Source of the DNA: Amoebidium appalachense | Lineage: Eukaryota > Protista > Ichthyosporea | Assembly: GCA_963693365.1 (NCBI GenBank) | Contig: CAVNZM010000008.1 | Span: 3,315,572 to 3,379,571 of the forward strand | Length of the DNA stretch: 64,000 bases | Reading direction: 5' to 3' | Shown here: in pieces, positions 8,497 through 19,181 of the stretch | How the letters are laid out: the number at the start of each line of letters is the position of its first letter | How positions within the stretch are numbered: position 1 is the stretch's first letter | The notes under the pieces: model-generated | Databases searched by the model: none | What the model was told of the DNA's origin: nothing | What the model saw: the letters and a program-made list of their open reading frames with translations, nothing else | Position numbers and translations under genes: made by a program

Positions 8497-11400
8497 CGGG
8501 GCGCTGAGAGTGGGGTAGAGTATATTGCAGTTGAGGCTATGTGCAGTGATAGTGAAATGTCTAAAATCAACGTGTCTTGTTATACAGATACTGTTGAAGT
8601 AAATAAGACAATAAATCACTCACGGCCTGGTGCCGTAAATCAGTCAGTTAAAACTGCTGTGGTGCAATTTACCCCCTCTCTCGTTGAGAATCAGCATGAA
8701 GCTAAGTCTTTCCCCCGTTCCCCCCTTTCCCCCCTTTCCCCACACCCCCCCACCCCCCCTTCCTCCCGTCCCCCCCCCTTTTCCCCTTCCCCCACCCCCT
8801 CCCACCCCCCCACCCCCCTCCCCCCTTCCAATATTTCTGTGTCGGTGATAGAGACTAGTGTGGAAAGTAGTGAAGTGGAAATTTCTGTGTTACAGGAAGT
8901 GTTTGCATCTTTAATTCAGCCAGAAGCACGGTTATATGTTCCTGTGGTATTGGGTGATGTTCAAATTCATGATGCTCTTTTAGATGGTGGTGCAAACATT
9001 AATTGTGTGCATGAAAAAGTTATTTGTAATTTAATGAAGATGGGCGCACGTGTTACAATGTTTTCAAATAACTTAGTGAGTGGTGTGAAGACTGCCAATC
9101 CTGATGCATCGTTGAATGTGGTGGGCCGGGTCACTCTCCCATGTACCATTGGTTCCCACACATTATTTGTCACGTTTGCTGTTTGTGCAAACATGGGTCA
9201 GAGTATGATTTTAGGCCGTCCATTTTCAAAGGCACATGTTAAATTGTTAGATGAAGAATCTAATAAGTTGCATTTGAAGAAGGGTGGTAGTGTACGTTTG
9301 CACACGGGTACGGAGGGGTATCAAAGTACTGCACACACTGTCAGCGAAATTTGTGTACCTCCCCACAGTCGTGCATTCGTCCGGGTGAACTTAGACAAAT
9401 TTGCTGTCGTGGCAGATATAGGTGTCTTTGTTCCGGCAGCTAGGTTACTTCCATTTGTGAGTCCTTCATATAGTAAAGTGGCGGCTGATAAAACAATCAT
9501 GATCGAAGTAGAAAATCGAAATTTTGATTCAGAATTAGTAATACCTGCTGGCACGCGATTGGGATATATCGAAGGGCAGCTGCCTTTCGATACAGTTGTT
9601 GCAGAAATAGTTATCCCCACCCCCGAGCTACCTTCAGATAAACTTAGTAATCCGGAAGCATGTGGCCAGCCCGAGACATCAACACCAACAGGAAGTCGCT
9701 CGCCTACGGTTGATGGTGTTTCAGTGTCTGCGGTTACCACGGTGTCTGGTCATCAGTCCGATGCAGTAGGTGTCAATCCCTCATCCACAGAAAAGGGCCC
9801 TTCTAGTGATGATATTGGTAAAGCAGACGGAGTGTGTGCAGGTGAAGGTGCAAGTAGTAACTGTAACAAGGAGGGTGATTCCGGTGAAGTGAGTCTCCCC
9901 TGGGGTATGGTAGATCCAGGTTGGACGGATCAGCAACGTGCCTTAATTCTTCCCATGTTAAATCGAGTCAAAAATGTATTTCTTAGGCATCCAAAAGATC
10001 ACGGTTTTGTGAAGGGATATACAGTGGCAATTGATACAGGTGATGCCAGTCCTGTGGTGATGCCTCAGTATCGAATGGAGCAATCGAAATTAGAGTCAGG
10101 TAGGCAAATGATTAGGGAATTTCGAGAAATGCAGATTTTAGAGCCTAGTAAAAGTCAGTGGCGGTCACCGGTACTTTTAATTAAAAAACCAGACGGGTCC
10201 TACAGGATGTGCACAGACCTACGCGGCCTTAACTCTGTCACTAAAAAGGATCTCTTTCCCCTTCCCCGTATTGATGAATTACTTGATAGTTTTCATGGCT
10301 ATAAGTGGTTCTGTGTCCTCGATTTGAAAAATGCATTTTTTCAGTGTCGGCTTAGGGAAGAGGATAAGGAGAAGACTGCTTTTGCATTCGATGGTGAGTT
10401 GTGGCAGTTTACTGTGATGCCCCAAGGTCTTGTGCATGCACCTGCAAATTTGTGTCGTATTATGCGCGATATCTAGCGTCCGTGTTTATCGTATACGGCG
10501 TGTTATATGGATGACGCATGTGTCAAAGGGAGAACGTTTGAAGAATTAGTTTCTAATTGTGAAAAAGTGTTCTCTGTGTTGGAAGCTGCTGGTATGAAAG
10601 TGAGTGGTAAAAAGACCATAGTGGGGGTGCAAGATGTTAAATTCCTGGGTCATAGGATCACGAAGGATGGTGTTATTCCTGATCCTAGTAAAATCAAGGC
10701 TATTACAGAATGGCCTCACCCTAAAACGGTCACTCAGCTCAGGCAGTTTCTAGGACTAACCAATTACCTCCGTCGTTTTATACGGAGGTATGCCGAAATT
10801 GCTCACCCTCTTACTAAGCAGACAGGTGGTGACAGAAAAGCCCCCGTGTTGTGGGACTCTGAAGCTTTAGAAGCTTTTGAACGGTTAAAAGAAGTATTGG
10901 TAAGTGATAATGTTCTCGTTCACCCCGATTTCTCCCCCACACAAGGTATTTTCCGAGTTCGGGTAGATGCCAGTTTAGTCAGTGAGGGTGGCATACTGTA
11001 TCAAGAACAGGATAAAGTAGATAGAGTAGTTGCATATGGCAGTCGAGTATTTTCCCCCACGGAACGACGTTACAGTAATCCAGAACGGGAAAGTCATGCT
11101 ATCTATCATTTCATTACCAAAGAGTGGAGACATATTTTGGTAGGTAGGACGTTTGAGGTGTATTCTGATCACAAACCTACTTTAGCCATGAAAGGTCTTA
11201 CTAAGCTAACCAACGAACGCATGCAACGGTGGGCTGCAGAGTTAGCTTCGTTTGATTACAAGGCTTTTTATGCAAAAGGTGAAAGTATGAAAGATTGTGA
11301 TGCACTCAGTAGAAATGCATACATCGAGTATGATAAATTCACCCAAACACACCCTTTTGATGGAGTAAATGTTGAAGTAGATTCAATCAACGTGTCAAAT

Positions 11401-13284
11401 CAGCATGTGTGGGCTGCTGAAGTAGACATCTCCTCTCTTAAGGATAGTATGGTGAAGGTAGGGGCCCCGGTACACGGTGGGACCCCGAATTCGTTCACCT
11501 CTCCTTCCCAGTTTTCTACACCTGTTTTTCAGGAACAGGTGGTGTCGTCACAACGCAGTGACAGGTTTTTGCACGACGTGATATGTCAAGTGGAGCAACG
11601 TCCAGGGGATATGGTTTTTTCGGTGGATAAACCCACCAAAGGCCAACGTCGGACATGGGAAAATCGTAAAAAAAGGTGTGCTCTCCAATGTGTGTTGCAA
11701 GATGGTGTTCTTTATCATTTAAGTGGGCCACAAGGTCAACGTTTGTGGGTTCCCCCTCGTTTGGTTGATATGGTGCTTGAACACATGCATGATGCTCCGT
11801 GGGCGGGTCATTTAGGTGTGTCCCGTACATATCAACGTGTGCAAGTGAATTATTATTGGCCTGGCATGAGTAAGGATGTGGAGAGAAAGGTGTTGGGATG
11901 TCATGCATGTGCATTTCACAATCAATCCACACACATGCGAAGTCGGGTCCCCCAGTATCATGGTACTTTTATTAAGGCTTTTGAACGGGTAGCTATGGAT
12001 GTGATGGGGCCTTTCCCCGAAACAGTGCAGGGTAATCATTATATTGTTACTCTCACTGATTTAGCTACACGTTGGACTGAAACTGTCCCTATTCGTTCAA
12101 GTGATGCAGTGACGTTGGCACGTGTGTTTTTGCATCATGTTTGTCTTCGTTTTGGCCCCCCCCGTTCTGTGTTAAGTGATAGGGGTAGCTCATTTTTGTC
12201 TGAAATAATGAGTGAGGTGTGTAAACTGTTGGGTGTGTCATTGTTGCATACGTCTGCTTACCACCCTCAAGCAAATGGCGTTGCTGAACGTGCACATGCA
12301 GTGTTTCAATCGTGTTTAGCAAAATATGTGGATATGGAGCACGCTGACTGGGATAGTGTACTTCCTTTTGTGGTGCATGCTTATCGTACCACACCTAATG
12401 CTATCACTGGTTTTTCTCCGTATTTTCTTGTGCATGGTCAGGAGTGTACCGAGTTCTTAGATGTGAGTATGCTTCCTGCCTTCTCTGGTCCTCTCCGTAT
12501 GGAAGAGTGGACTAAGTATAGGGAGGAGGTGTTGGCTCGAGTTTTGCATGCCCGTGAAGTGGCACGGCAACGTACAGAGCAAGCACATGAATCTCTTACT
12601 AACAGCACTAACACTAACATTCCTCTCCGTACTTTTAAAGTGGGCAGTAAGGTGTTGGTTAGGAATTTCACCCGTGCTAAGGGTGGCCCCGTGAAGAAAT
12701 GGAGACCACGGTTCTTGGGTCCATATATAGTGTTAGCCCGGATAGGTAGTACTGAATACAAACTCCGGCATACGGTGAATGAGCACGATATTCGCCAGTA
12801 TAACGTCGACGACATTAAGGCTTACCACGAATTTGCCTTCCGTGCTCTTTCGACGTTTTCTCAGTGTCCTAACACCCAGCATAACGGTATTCCAGAGTTA
12901 GGTGGCATGGACACCACGGTAGAGAAAATTTTGGATAAGAAAGTAGTTACAGTCAACGGCCATGCAACCACTTATTATCGAGTCAAATTTGCAGGCTACG
13001 ACACGGCTTTCAATCAGTGGCGTCCAGAGTCTTTATTATGGTGCCCAGAGTTAATCCAAGCATACGAACGTCGGGTAGTTAGACAACCTTCTCATCCTAA
13101 GGTTGTTGTTCCTAGAAATCCAAAAACACCACGGGTAGACAAACAGGTCGACGTCACTCAGTCGGTGAGTGTTAACTCGACACCAAATGCTACAGATGCA
13201 CGCACGGCTCGTCTTTTACGACGACGGCAGTTGCGCGATGTTCTGTTCCCACGGCGGGAAAAGAAACTTGAATCGATGTGTTAA
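8497..13284 (+). CDS. pol: Pol (protease, dUTPase-like insert, RT, RNase H, integrase, chromodomain), in frame with gag; internal TAG at 10474-10476
   Basis: PR LLDGGA; RT LDLKNAFFQ, MPQG, YMDD; RNase H VDAS...E...DH; integrase HHCC plus D-D-E (DVMGP, SDRGS, AER); chromodomain VEKILDKK...YYRVKFAGY...NQWRPE. ORFs at 7051, 8539 and 10507 share one frame. Confidence 0.93.
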
Positions 13285-13322
13285 ACTTTGTCTCTTCTTC
13301 GTCGGAGCTCAGATTTCCTGCT

Positions 13323-13332
13323 GAGGGGGGGA
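13323..13332 (+). promoter_or_regulatory. Polypurine tract
   Basis: GAGGGGGGGA one base upstream of the 3' LTR. Confidence 0.85.
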
Positions 13333-13333
13333 T

Positions 13334-14110
13334 TGTTATGTCTCCGCGGCGAGCATTCGTGTCAATCGATCGATTCAGATCTATTCAGATCTATTTGCTT
13401 TATTTACAATTCGTCGGTGCCGGCTCATCCAGTCAGATGTCGGCGTTTGCTGATGAATGAGCCAATCATAAATGTTATATCTGCTTTTCCAATCGGATGA
13501 TCAAATACAATTACATATGTTCGGTTACTTGGAAACGAACTACAGTGAGACTCGCGTGAGTGGACACTTATGGCCTCTTCTGTGTTGATTGGAACACGTA
13601 AATGCTGCGGCCATAGAGAACGAATAACTAACAAGCAGGTTGTGAGTGATTGGGGAGTCTCATATTCGACCAGTCATGTTGAGGGCATCCCGGTAAAGTC
13701 CAGCTGCAATGAGTGGTCGTTGTAAACCTGCAGTTACACATGTGAGAGAGACAGCACTCCGAAAGGTAACTGGTAACCAAAGTCACAAACAGGAAAAGTA
13801 CTGGTACCTGTTTATTTGGAGTATATTTCGGGGCTGTGTAAGTCATAAGTCATGCAGCAGTAAAGATTATATATGAGTGTTAGAACCGGCAAGAGACCAA
13901 GTAGTCACACACAGTAATTACTAGCCCTGTACTAATCTGTAATATGATTGGTCGGCTAGGGAGTTGTGTAATTGGTCAAGTAATCTTGTCCGGGTCGACC
14001 ATCCGTATATAAACGCACGCATCGATCCTCTGAAATCCAGTTCAGAGTGAACCCCGTTTACACTCATACACATACATTTTACACTGAAGTGTCCGTGAGG
14101 ATACTTTACA
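13334..14110 (+). repeat. 3' LTR (777 bp)
   Basis: Direct repeat of 6258-7034, followed by TSD ACAGG. Confidence 0.97.
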
Positions 14111-15680
14111 ACAGGTCACGGTCCCTCTCCAGGTCAAGGGCAATCATGAACTGTTTATCCGGCCAGGCAGTGCTGTTGTACATGCAGTCGGCCGTGACGT
14201 CACCCAAGAAGTACAGGGCCTTGGCCAACTCCGCCCATGCCTCGGCACAGTTGTTCGAGGACACTCGAATCTCGTCGAGGGGCTTCTGGTAGGGTCCTAT
14301 CTTGATCTGGTAGCTGGTGATGTTACTACGCTTGGACCTGAACGTCTCGCTGTTTGCTTGGGCCCAGTCGTTGCCACTCCTCACCAGGGACAGCAGGGAC
14401 TTGACGTTCCGCCCCCGGAACGAAATGTGCAGGTCGGCAGGACTGCCCCCCTTGACGTAGCTCTGGAAATGGGTGAACGTGCTGTATGGAATATACACGT
14501 TCTTCTCCATCAGAGCCTTCTCAAAGCCGGCCGTGTACACGGCGTTCCACTCAATAATTTCACAGTGGAAGACGGGGTTGATAATCTCGTAGGACACGTC
14601 CTTCACCCATTCCGCGTTCTCGGTGGGCACGTACAGCACCTGGTTGGCCTCCCCCAGCGACAGCTCGATCTGTACCTCCCCCATGTATGACAGGGGCAGG
14701 TACCTGCCGGAACGCATGAGGCCGAGCTTGAGCTGATGAATGTAGGTGAACCCGTCAGTGGCATCGATCTGGGCCTGAACGTTGACCTGCTGGGGTGGCC
14801 ACTTGGCCACCTTCTTGGTGTAGTCGAGGTACTTGCCGTCTGTAATGCGGTCCTTGCCGGGTACACTGTCGGCCTTGGCGGGTGTGGGTATCAAGGTGTC
14901 ATTGGCAAGGGGGGCTACGTCCTTGAGCTTTTCAATGCGAAACAGCCTCTTGAGCGGGTCGGGGTTGAAGAGAGCGTATTTACTATCGACAGCCGTATTC
15001 CACTTGTCTGCGTACTCCCAGTCGTCGTCCTGGGGCCCGTAGCTGCCATGCATGCGGCCGGCAGGGCAGTTGCCGTAGTCGGCCGATGACAGGAAGCGTT
15101 CAAGGTTGATCATGAGGTGGTTGTACCCAGAAATGTCCTCCACGGTAGTGCCGTTGATGGACACGCGGGCACGGTCAAAGGGGGCAGCCGAGGAGCACAG
15201 GTGACCACCCATCATAGCCATACCCTCCAGGTTACGGACCTTGAGAGGGAAAATGTCCTTACTGGCAACAGCCGCCGGATTGAGGGTGTCAGAATCAGCC
15301 GTCCCGGTCTGGGGCACAGTGGTACCCTCATAGCCGACAGTGTCCTGGTTGTTGCTGATGGGGTGGTCGAGCTGGTCAGGGAGGGGGAACTTCCGCAGTC
15401 TCTCCACCTTGACACCCACGTTCTCGGGGGCGTTGGGGACGTTGGCCTTGAACTGGAACGTCATGTAGCTGTTGAGACAGTCCAGGAAGCCCACGGCAGG
15501 TAGGGAGAACCGAATCACACGCTGCCCCTTGGAGCTGTACGTCGAGCCGGTCACCGGATAGGTCTTGACGGTCGATCGGCGGTTAATGTGGCTGAGCTCG
15601 ACAGGTGAGTAGGTGCCGGCGTCCGTCAGCTTGTGGTAGGCCAGGTTGAGGGGCACGGAGGCGTCGTAGGGGGCTGCCAT
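14111..15680 (-). pseudogene. Major capsid protein (double jelly roll), 5' part; reconstituted protein 582 aa
   Basis: N-terminal IRFSLPAVGFLDCLNSYMTFQF, FDRARVSINGTTVEDI, YLPLSYMGEVQIELSL and FMIALDLE motifs; adjacent to the packaging ATPase. Confidence 0.88.
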
Positions 15681-15692
15681 GTTGCCGGTGTG

Positions 15693-16436
15693 TTACACAT
15701 GGTCGACATTTTTTTCATTCGTGCCGAGCACCACCTCCTCCTCAAAATTGCGAAACATCCGACCCTCGTTCAGCCGGATAAAAAGAAAGTCGTGCTTGTC
15801 CCGGTAGACCGTGTCCATGAGCTCGAAAAACTGGGGGGTTTCGAGGGCCGGCAAGAACTCGTCCCTCAACACCTTGAGCTCGGTGTTGTTGGTGTTCTTA
15901 AAATAGGCCAAGGCATCGGCCTGGCTACGTAGCTCAAGGGGGATCTTGTTCAATTTCTGCCCCACCATCATCACCGACACACCAATGTGTCGTCGGTTCT
16001 GTGCCATACGTACAAATTCACGGAGGTTGCCGGATTTTCGGAAAATATGGGACATGTCGTCGAACACCAACAACATCCGGTAATTTGGGTTGACCTTCTT
16101 GTGTTGGAGGGACAGTTTGAGAATCTCGGGGAGGAAGGTGACGTCCTGGTGCAGGCGGGCCTTGGGAATTTTCAGGGCCGTGCCGAGGGTGTGCATGCTC
16201 GGGCTGAAAATGTACACACGGTCAAACTGTTTATTGTAGAACTCGCCCTCCCGGGCAATGAGGTTGACGAGCAGGTTGGACTTGCCAGAACCAGGCTGGC
16301 CAATAAGCAAAAAGAAGAACACGTTGTCCATGAGGGGGTAGGGCACGTTCAGTTTGGTGTCACACGTCATCGGAATGTGCTCCACCGACAGTGGTGCCGG
16401 CAAGGGGTTGACGGCTATGGGTGGGGTAGGGTGCAT
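15693..16436 (-). CDS. A32/FtsK-HerA family DNA packaging ATPase
   Basis: Walker A GQPGSGKS, Walker B LLVFDD, arginine-finger RRH followed by hhhhQ, C-terminal HDFLFI. Confidence 0.92.
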   Translation of the reverse strand: MHPTPPIAVNPLPAPLSVEHIPMTCDTKLNVPYPLMDNVFFFLLIGQPGSGKSNLLVNLIAREGEFYNKQFDRVYIFSPSMHTLGTALKIPKARLHQDVTFLPEILKLSLQHKKVNPNYRMLLVFDDMSHIFRKSGNLREFVRMAQNRRHIGVSVMMVGQKLNKIPLELRSQADALAYFKNTNNTELKVLRDEFLPALETPQFFELMDTVYRDKHDFLFIRLNEGRMFRNFEEEVVLGTNEKNVDHV

Positions 16437-16464
16437 GGTGTCACTCAGTGTAGGGTGGCTAAAA

Positions 16465-16701
16465 TTAATGACGGCAGCTGTCGATCTGCACGTTGTAGAC
16501 GGTAAACTCGTCGAGGCACTTGAAACTGCAGAGGTACATAGGCTCGTCCCCCAGCCACGTCATGGTGCACCCACAGTCAAAGTCACAGCCTGGCCCCTCC
16601 TCCTGCGTGGCACACCGGAACCAGTGCCCACAGAAGTCGCACGCGTGCTGCCACGGCTCGGCATCCGTGTCGGACGCGCTCTTGGACGTTGTGCCGACCA
16701 T
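16465..16701 (-). CDS. Small Cys-rich zinc-finger protein (CxxCxHxF...CSxxC; TRASH/FCS or VLTF2-like)
   Basis: 78 aa from CAACATG; CDFCGHWF...C...C.C...YLCSFKC. Confidence 0.5.
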   Translation of the reverse strand: MVGTTSKSASDTDAEPWQHACDFCGHWFRCATQEEGPGCDFDCGCTMTWLGDEPMYLCSFKCLDEFTVYNVQIDSCRH

Positions 16702-16795
16702 GTTGGTTGACCGTGTTTGATAGTGGGCACACATTTTTTGGACGTATGTACGCCCAACGTTGGAAAAAAATGTGTCCCTATTGGTAACACCAACA

Positions 16796-17419
16796 ATGTC
16801 AACCGACGAGAACCAAATCGAGCGCATGTCGGACGGTGAGGCCGACCAACCGGTGTCCAACGAAACCACCAACACCGGTATGGGTGTGGACCCCATGGTG
16901 CTGGAAGCCGGCAACGCGGCAAGGGCCAAACGGCAACCCACAGCACGGCAGCTGGAGGCCTTGGAGAAGGGTAGGAGCACAAGGGTGGAACGCATGCGTA
17001 GGAACAAGGACTATATCCGTGAACTTGAGCAGAAGCTGCAGGTGCTGGAGACCCGCCCAGCCGACCCCCCACCCCCAGCAGCAGCACCGGTACTGGTAGC
17101 ACCCCCAAAGGCCCCCCGGCCAAAGCAGAAGAAGGCCCCACGAAAGCCCTTGGCACGGGTGACCTATGAAGAGGAGGACAGCTACGAGGAGAGTGACGGG
17201 TATGACAACCCGTACAACCCGTACTATGAGCACTATTACGTGCCCCCACCCCCACCCCCACACCCCATGGGTGCACCGGGCAGCTTCGGGCCTCCACCGA
17301 TACGTCACAGCACGCCCCACACGGGCTACGGCACGTACCACACACAGGCAGCATCACAGCAGCCCCCTCCCCCGCAGCGTAGTTACAGTGACCACATTGC
17401 CAACCTCATCTCGTGGTGA
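16796..17419 (+). CDS. Viral hypothetical protein (coiled coil, basic patch, Pro/Tyr-rich tail)
   Basis: ORF divergent from the ATPase block; QLEALEKGRSTRVERMRR basic helix. Confidence 0.6.
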   Translation: MSTDENQIERMSDGEADQPVSNETTNTGMGVDPMVLEAGNAARAKRQPTARQLEALEKGRSTRVERMRRNKDYIRELEQKLQVLETRPADPPPPAAAPVLVAPPKAPRPKQKKAPRKPLARVTYEEEDSYEESDGYDNPYNPYYEHYYVPPPPPPHPMGAPGSFGPPPIRHSTPHTGYGTYHTQAASQQPPPPQRSYSDHIANLISW

Positions 17420-17460
17420 AAAATTCACACATACCACTAGTAGCTAGGCTACATGCAGGC

Positions 17461-17754
17461 ATGGCCACCCCGAAGAACATGAAGAATTTGCCGTCGGCAT
17501 ACTCGTCACCCTTCACCTTTGACGACTACTTGCAGTTCTACATACGCCACGGCACCGACAAACAGTTTGACCCGGCCGGCAACACGGAAGGGAAGAAGCC
17601 CGAAAACAAAATCGAGAAAAAGTTCCGGCAGTTGAAGAAGAAGGTGCCGGTGGACCGGCAGGAGGAGCTGAGGAAGGTGCTGGAGTACGAGGCCCAGCTG
17701 GATGCCCGCATGCTTGCCCACATACAGAAACAGGAGGGGGAGACCAACATCTAG
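17461..17754 (+). CDS. Viral hypothetical protein (97 aa, charged helical)
   Basis: GC3-rich codon usage like neighbouring viral genes. Confidence 0.5.
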   Translation: MATPKNMKNLPSAYSSPFTFDDYLQFYIRHGTDKQFDPAGNTEGKKPENKIEKKFRQLKKKVPVDRQEELRKVLEYEAQLDARMLAHIQKQEGETNI

Positions 17755-17990
17755 GGGTACGACCGACCCCCACCCCGCCTGAAGGACCTCTGCATGTAGT
17801 TGATGTTGCTGCCGACGTAGGCCACGTTTTGGGCAGCACGACCAATGTTCAACACCGTCTGAAACCTATCCCAGTGCTCGTTGGGGTGGACAATAAGGGT
17901 GTGGTTGCGTGGTGCTGCCGTTCGGTCCGGCCGTGGCGGTCGCCAGTACTCGGAGTCGTTGGTATAGCCCGTGCCTTGTTGAAAATTCAT
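17751..17990 (-). CDS. Small Arg/Gly-rich viral protein (79 aa)
   Basis: ACCACCATG start directly downstream of the minor capsid gene; stop overlaps the convergent gene. Confidence 0.5.
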   Translation of the reverse strand: MNFQQGTGYTNDSEYWRPPRPDRTAAPRNHTLIVHPNEHWDRFQTVLNIGRAAQNVAYVGSNINYMQRSFRRGGGRSYP

Positions 17991-18036
17991 GGTGGTAGTA
18001 ATGTCTTCATTGAGTGGTGGTGAAAATATGCAACAC

Positions 18037-19101
18037 CTAGCCGAACCGTTGTGGCTTGCTCATGGGTCGGACGACCGTGGACCCTGTGGGTCTGGGAATA
18101 CGCCTCAGGCACAATAAAAAGGTCACGTCACCTCTCATCCGTACAACGTTGCCGTAACAGCTCACCAGCCTCACTGTGAGAGAGTTGATGTGCGTGCTGA
18201 CGTCGAGTGGTAGCTCGATGACTGCCCCGTTGTCATTGTCAAAGAACGGGACGGTGATGTTGGGAAAGGCAGGAATGACGGCCAGCACGTCCTTGCTGGG
18301 GTAGGAGGACTGAAACTTGACGTCGGCGTTGGCTATACTCACGGACGACTCTGAGTTCACACCGTGAAGCTCGAGGAGGAAGTGGGTGGGGAAACACCCA
18401 ACATTAGGGGCCGTGGTCTCGTCCCTGCCGGGCTTTGAGCTAACCAGGCTATCCCCCACGTTCATACCGGCTGCAGCAGCCACCACCGGCGAGTCGAACC
18501 ACATGAGGTACCTGGTATCGGGTGCACGGTTTACGAACTTAATCCGACCGGTCTTCTCGTCGTAGCTCAACTCCACTTCCCCGTCGGCAGGTTTGTCGTT
18601 GCCAAGTACGCTCGTAAGGTACCTATCCAGCAGGAACTGCAACCAATGCCCCATATACGACCCAAAGACGTTTTCAGTACTCGCCAGGTCTCTGGATAAC
18701 TCGTTGCTGCTCCCACGACCCACAAAGGCACCCGTCGGGCTCACCCCTAACTCCCACAGGGGAATGGTACGCCACACCTTCTTGCCAGGTTCGATTTGCA
18801 ACTCGTCGGGTGTGGCTTCAAAGTACAGGCGCTGGATGTCGGTGGGTGAGCCCCACCCCCCTCCCGGGGTCGGGAGCTGGCGGGCCATGTTGACATAGCA
18901 CTCATCACGGGGGTACGGGTAGTAGAAGGTGGTGGGGGTGGTCATGGTGCTCACCCACTTGACCCCCAACGACGTGTTCTGCTGGAACCCTATCGGGGGA
19001 GACAGCATGGCCTTCATTTCCACAGGGGCTGGGTCCTTCTGGCCTTGCACAAAGTCACCGACGTGTTGCATGACTACGAGGTGTGTTGGGGCTTGGTCCA
19101 T
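18037..19101 (-). CDS. Minor capsid (penton, single jelly roll) protein
   Basis: VELSYDEKTGRIKF, DVLAVIP and C-terminal INSLTVRLVSCYGNVVRMRGDVTFLLCLR pattern typical of Polinton/virophage mCP; ACCACCATG start at 19101. Confidence 0.75.
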   Translation of the reverse strand: MDQAPTHLVVMQHVGDFVQGQKDPAPVEMKAMLSPPIGFQQNTSLGVKWVSTMTTPTTFYYPYPRDECYVNMARQLPTPGGGWGSPTDIQRLYFEATPDELQIEPGKKVWRTIPLWELGVSPTGAFVGRGSSNELSRDLASTENVFGSYMGHWLQFLLDRYLTSVLGNDKPADGEVELSYDEKTGRIKFVNRAPDTRYLMWFDSPVVAAAAGMNVGDSLVSSKPGRDETTAPNVGCFPTHFLLELHGVNSESSVSIANADVKFQSSYPSKDVLAVIPAFPNITVPFFDNDNGAVIELPLDVSTHINSLTVRLVSCYGNVVRMRGDVTFLLCLRRIPRPTGSTVVRPMSKPQRFG

Positions 19102-19181
19102 GGTGGTAGTGGGCACAAATACCGTTATAAACACCGTACAAAAATTCAACGTCATGTAGTAACGTGCACACTTGTGCAACC

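Larger units (their letters stand above)
6258..14110 (+). mobile_element. Ty3/gypsy LTR retrotransposon (chromovirus), 7,853 bp, full length
   Basis: TG...CA LTRs, 5-bp TSD ACAGG at 6253-6257 and 14111-14115, domain order gag-PR-RT-RH-INT-chromodomain, PPT before the 3' LTR. Confidence 0.98.
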
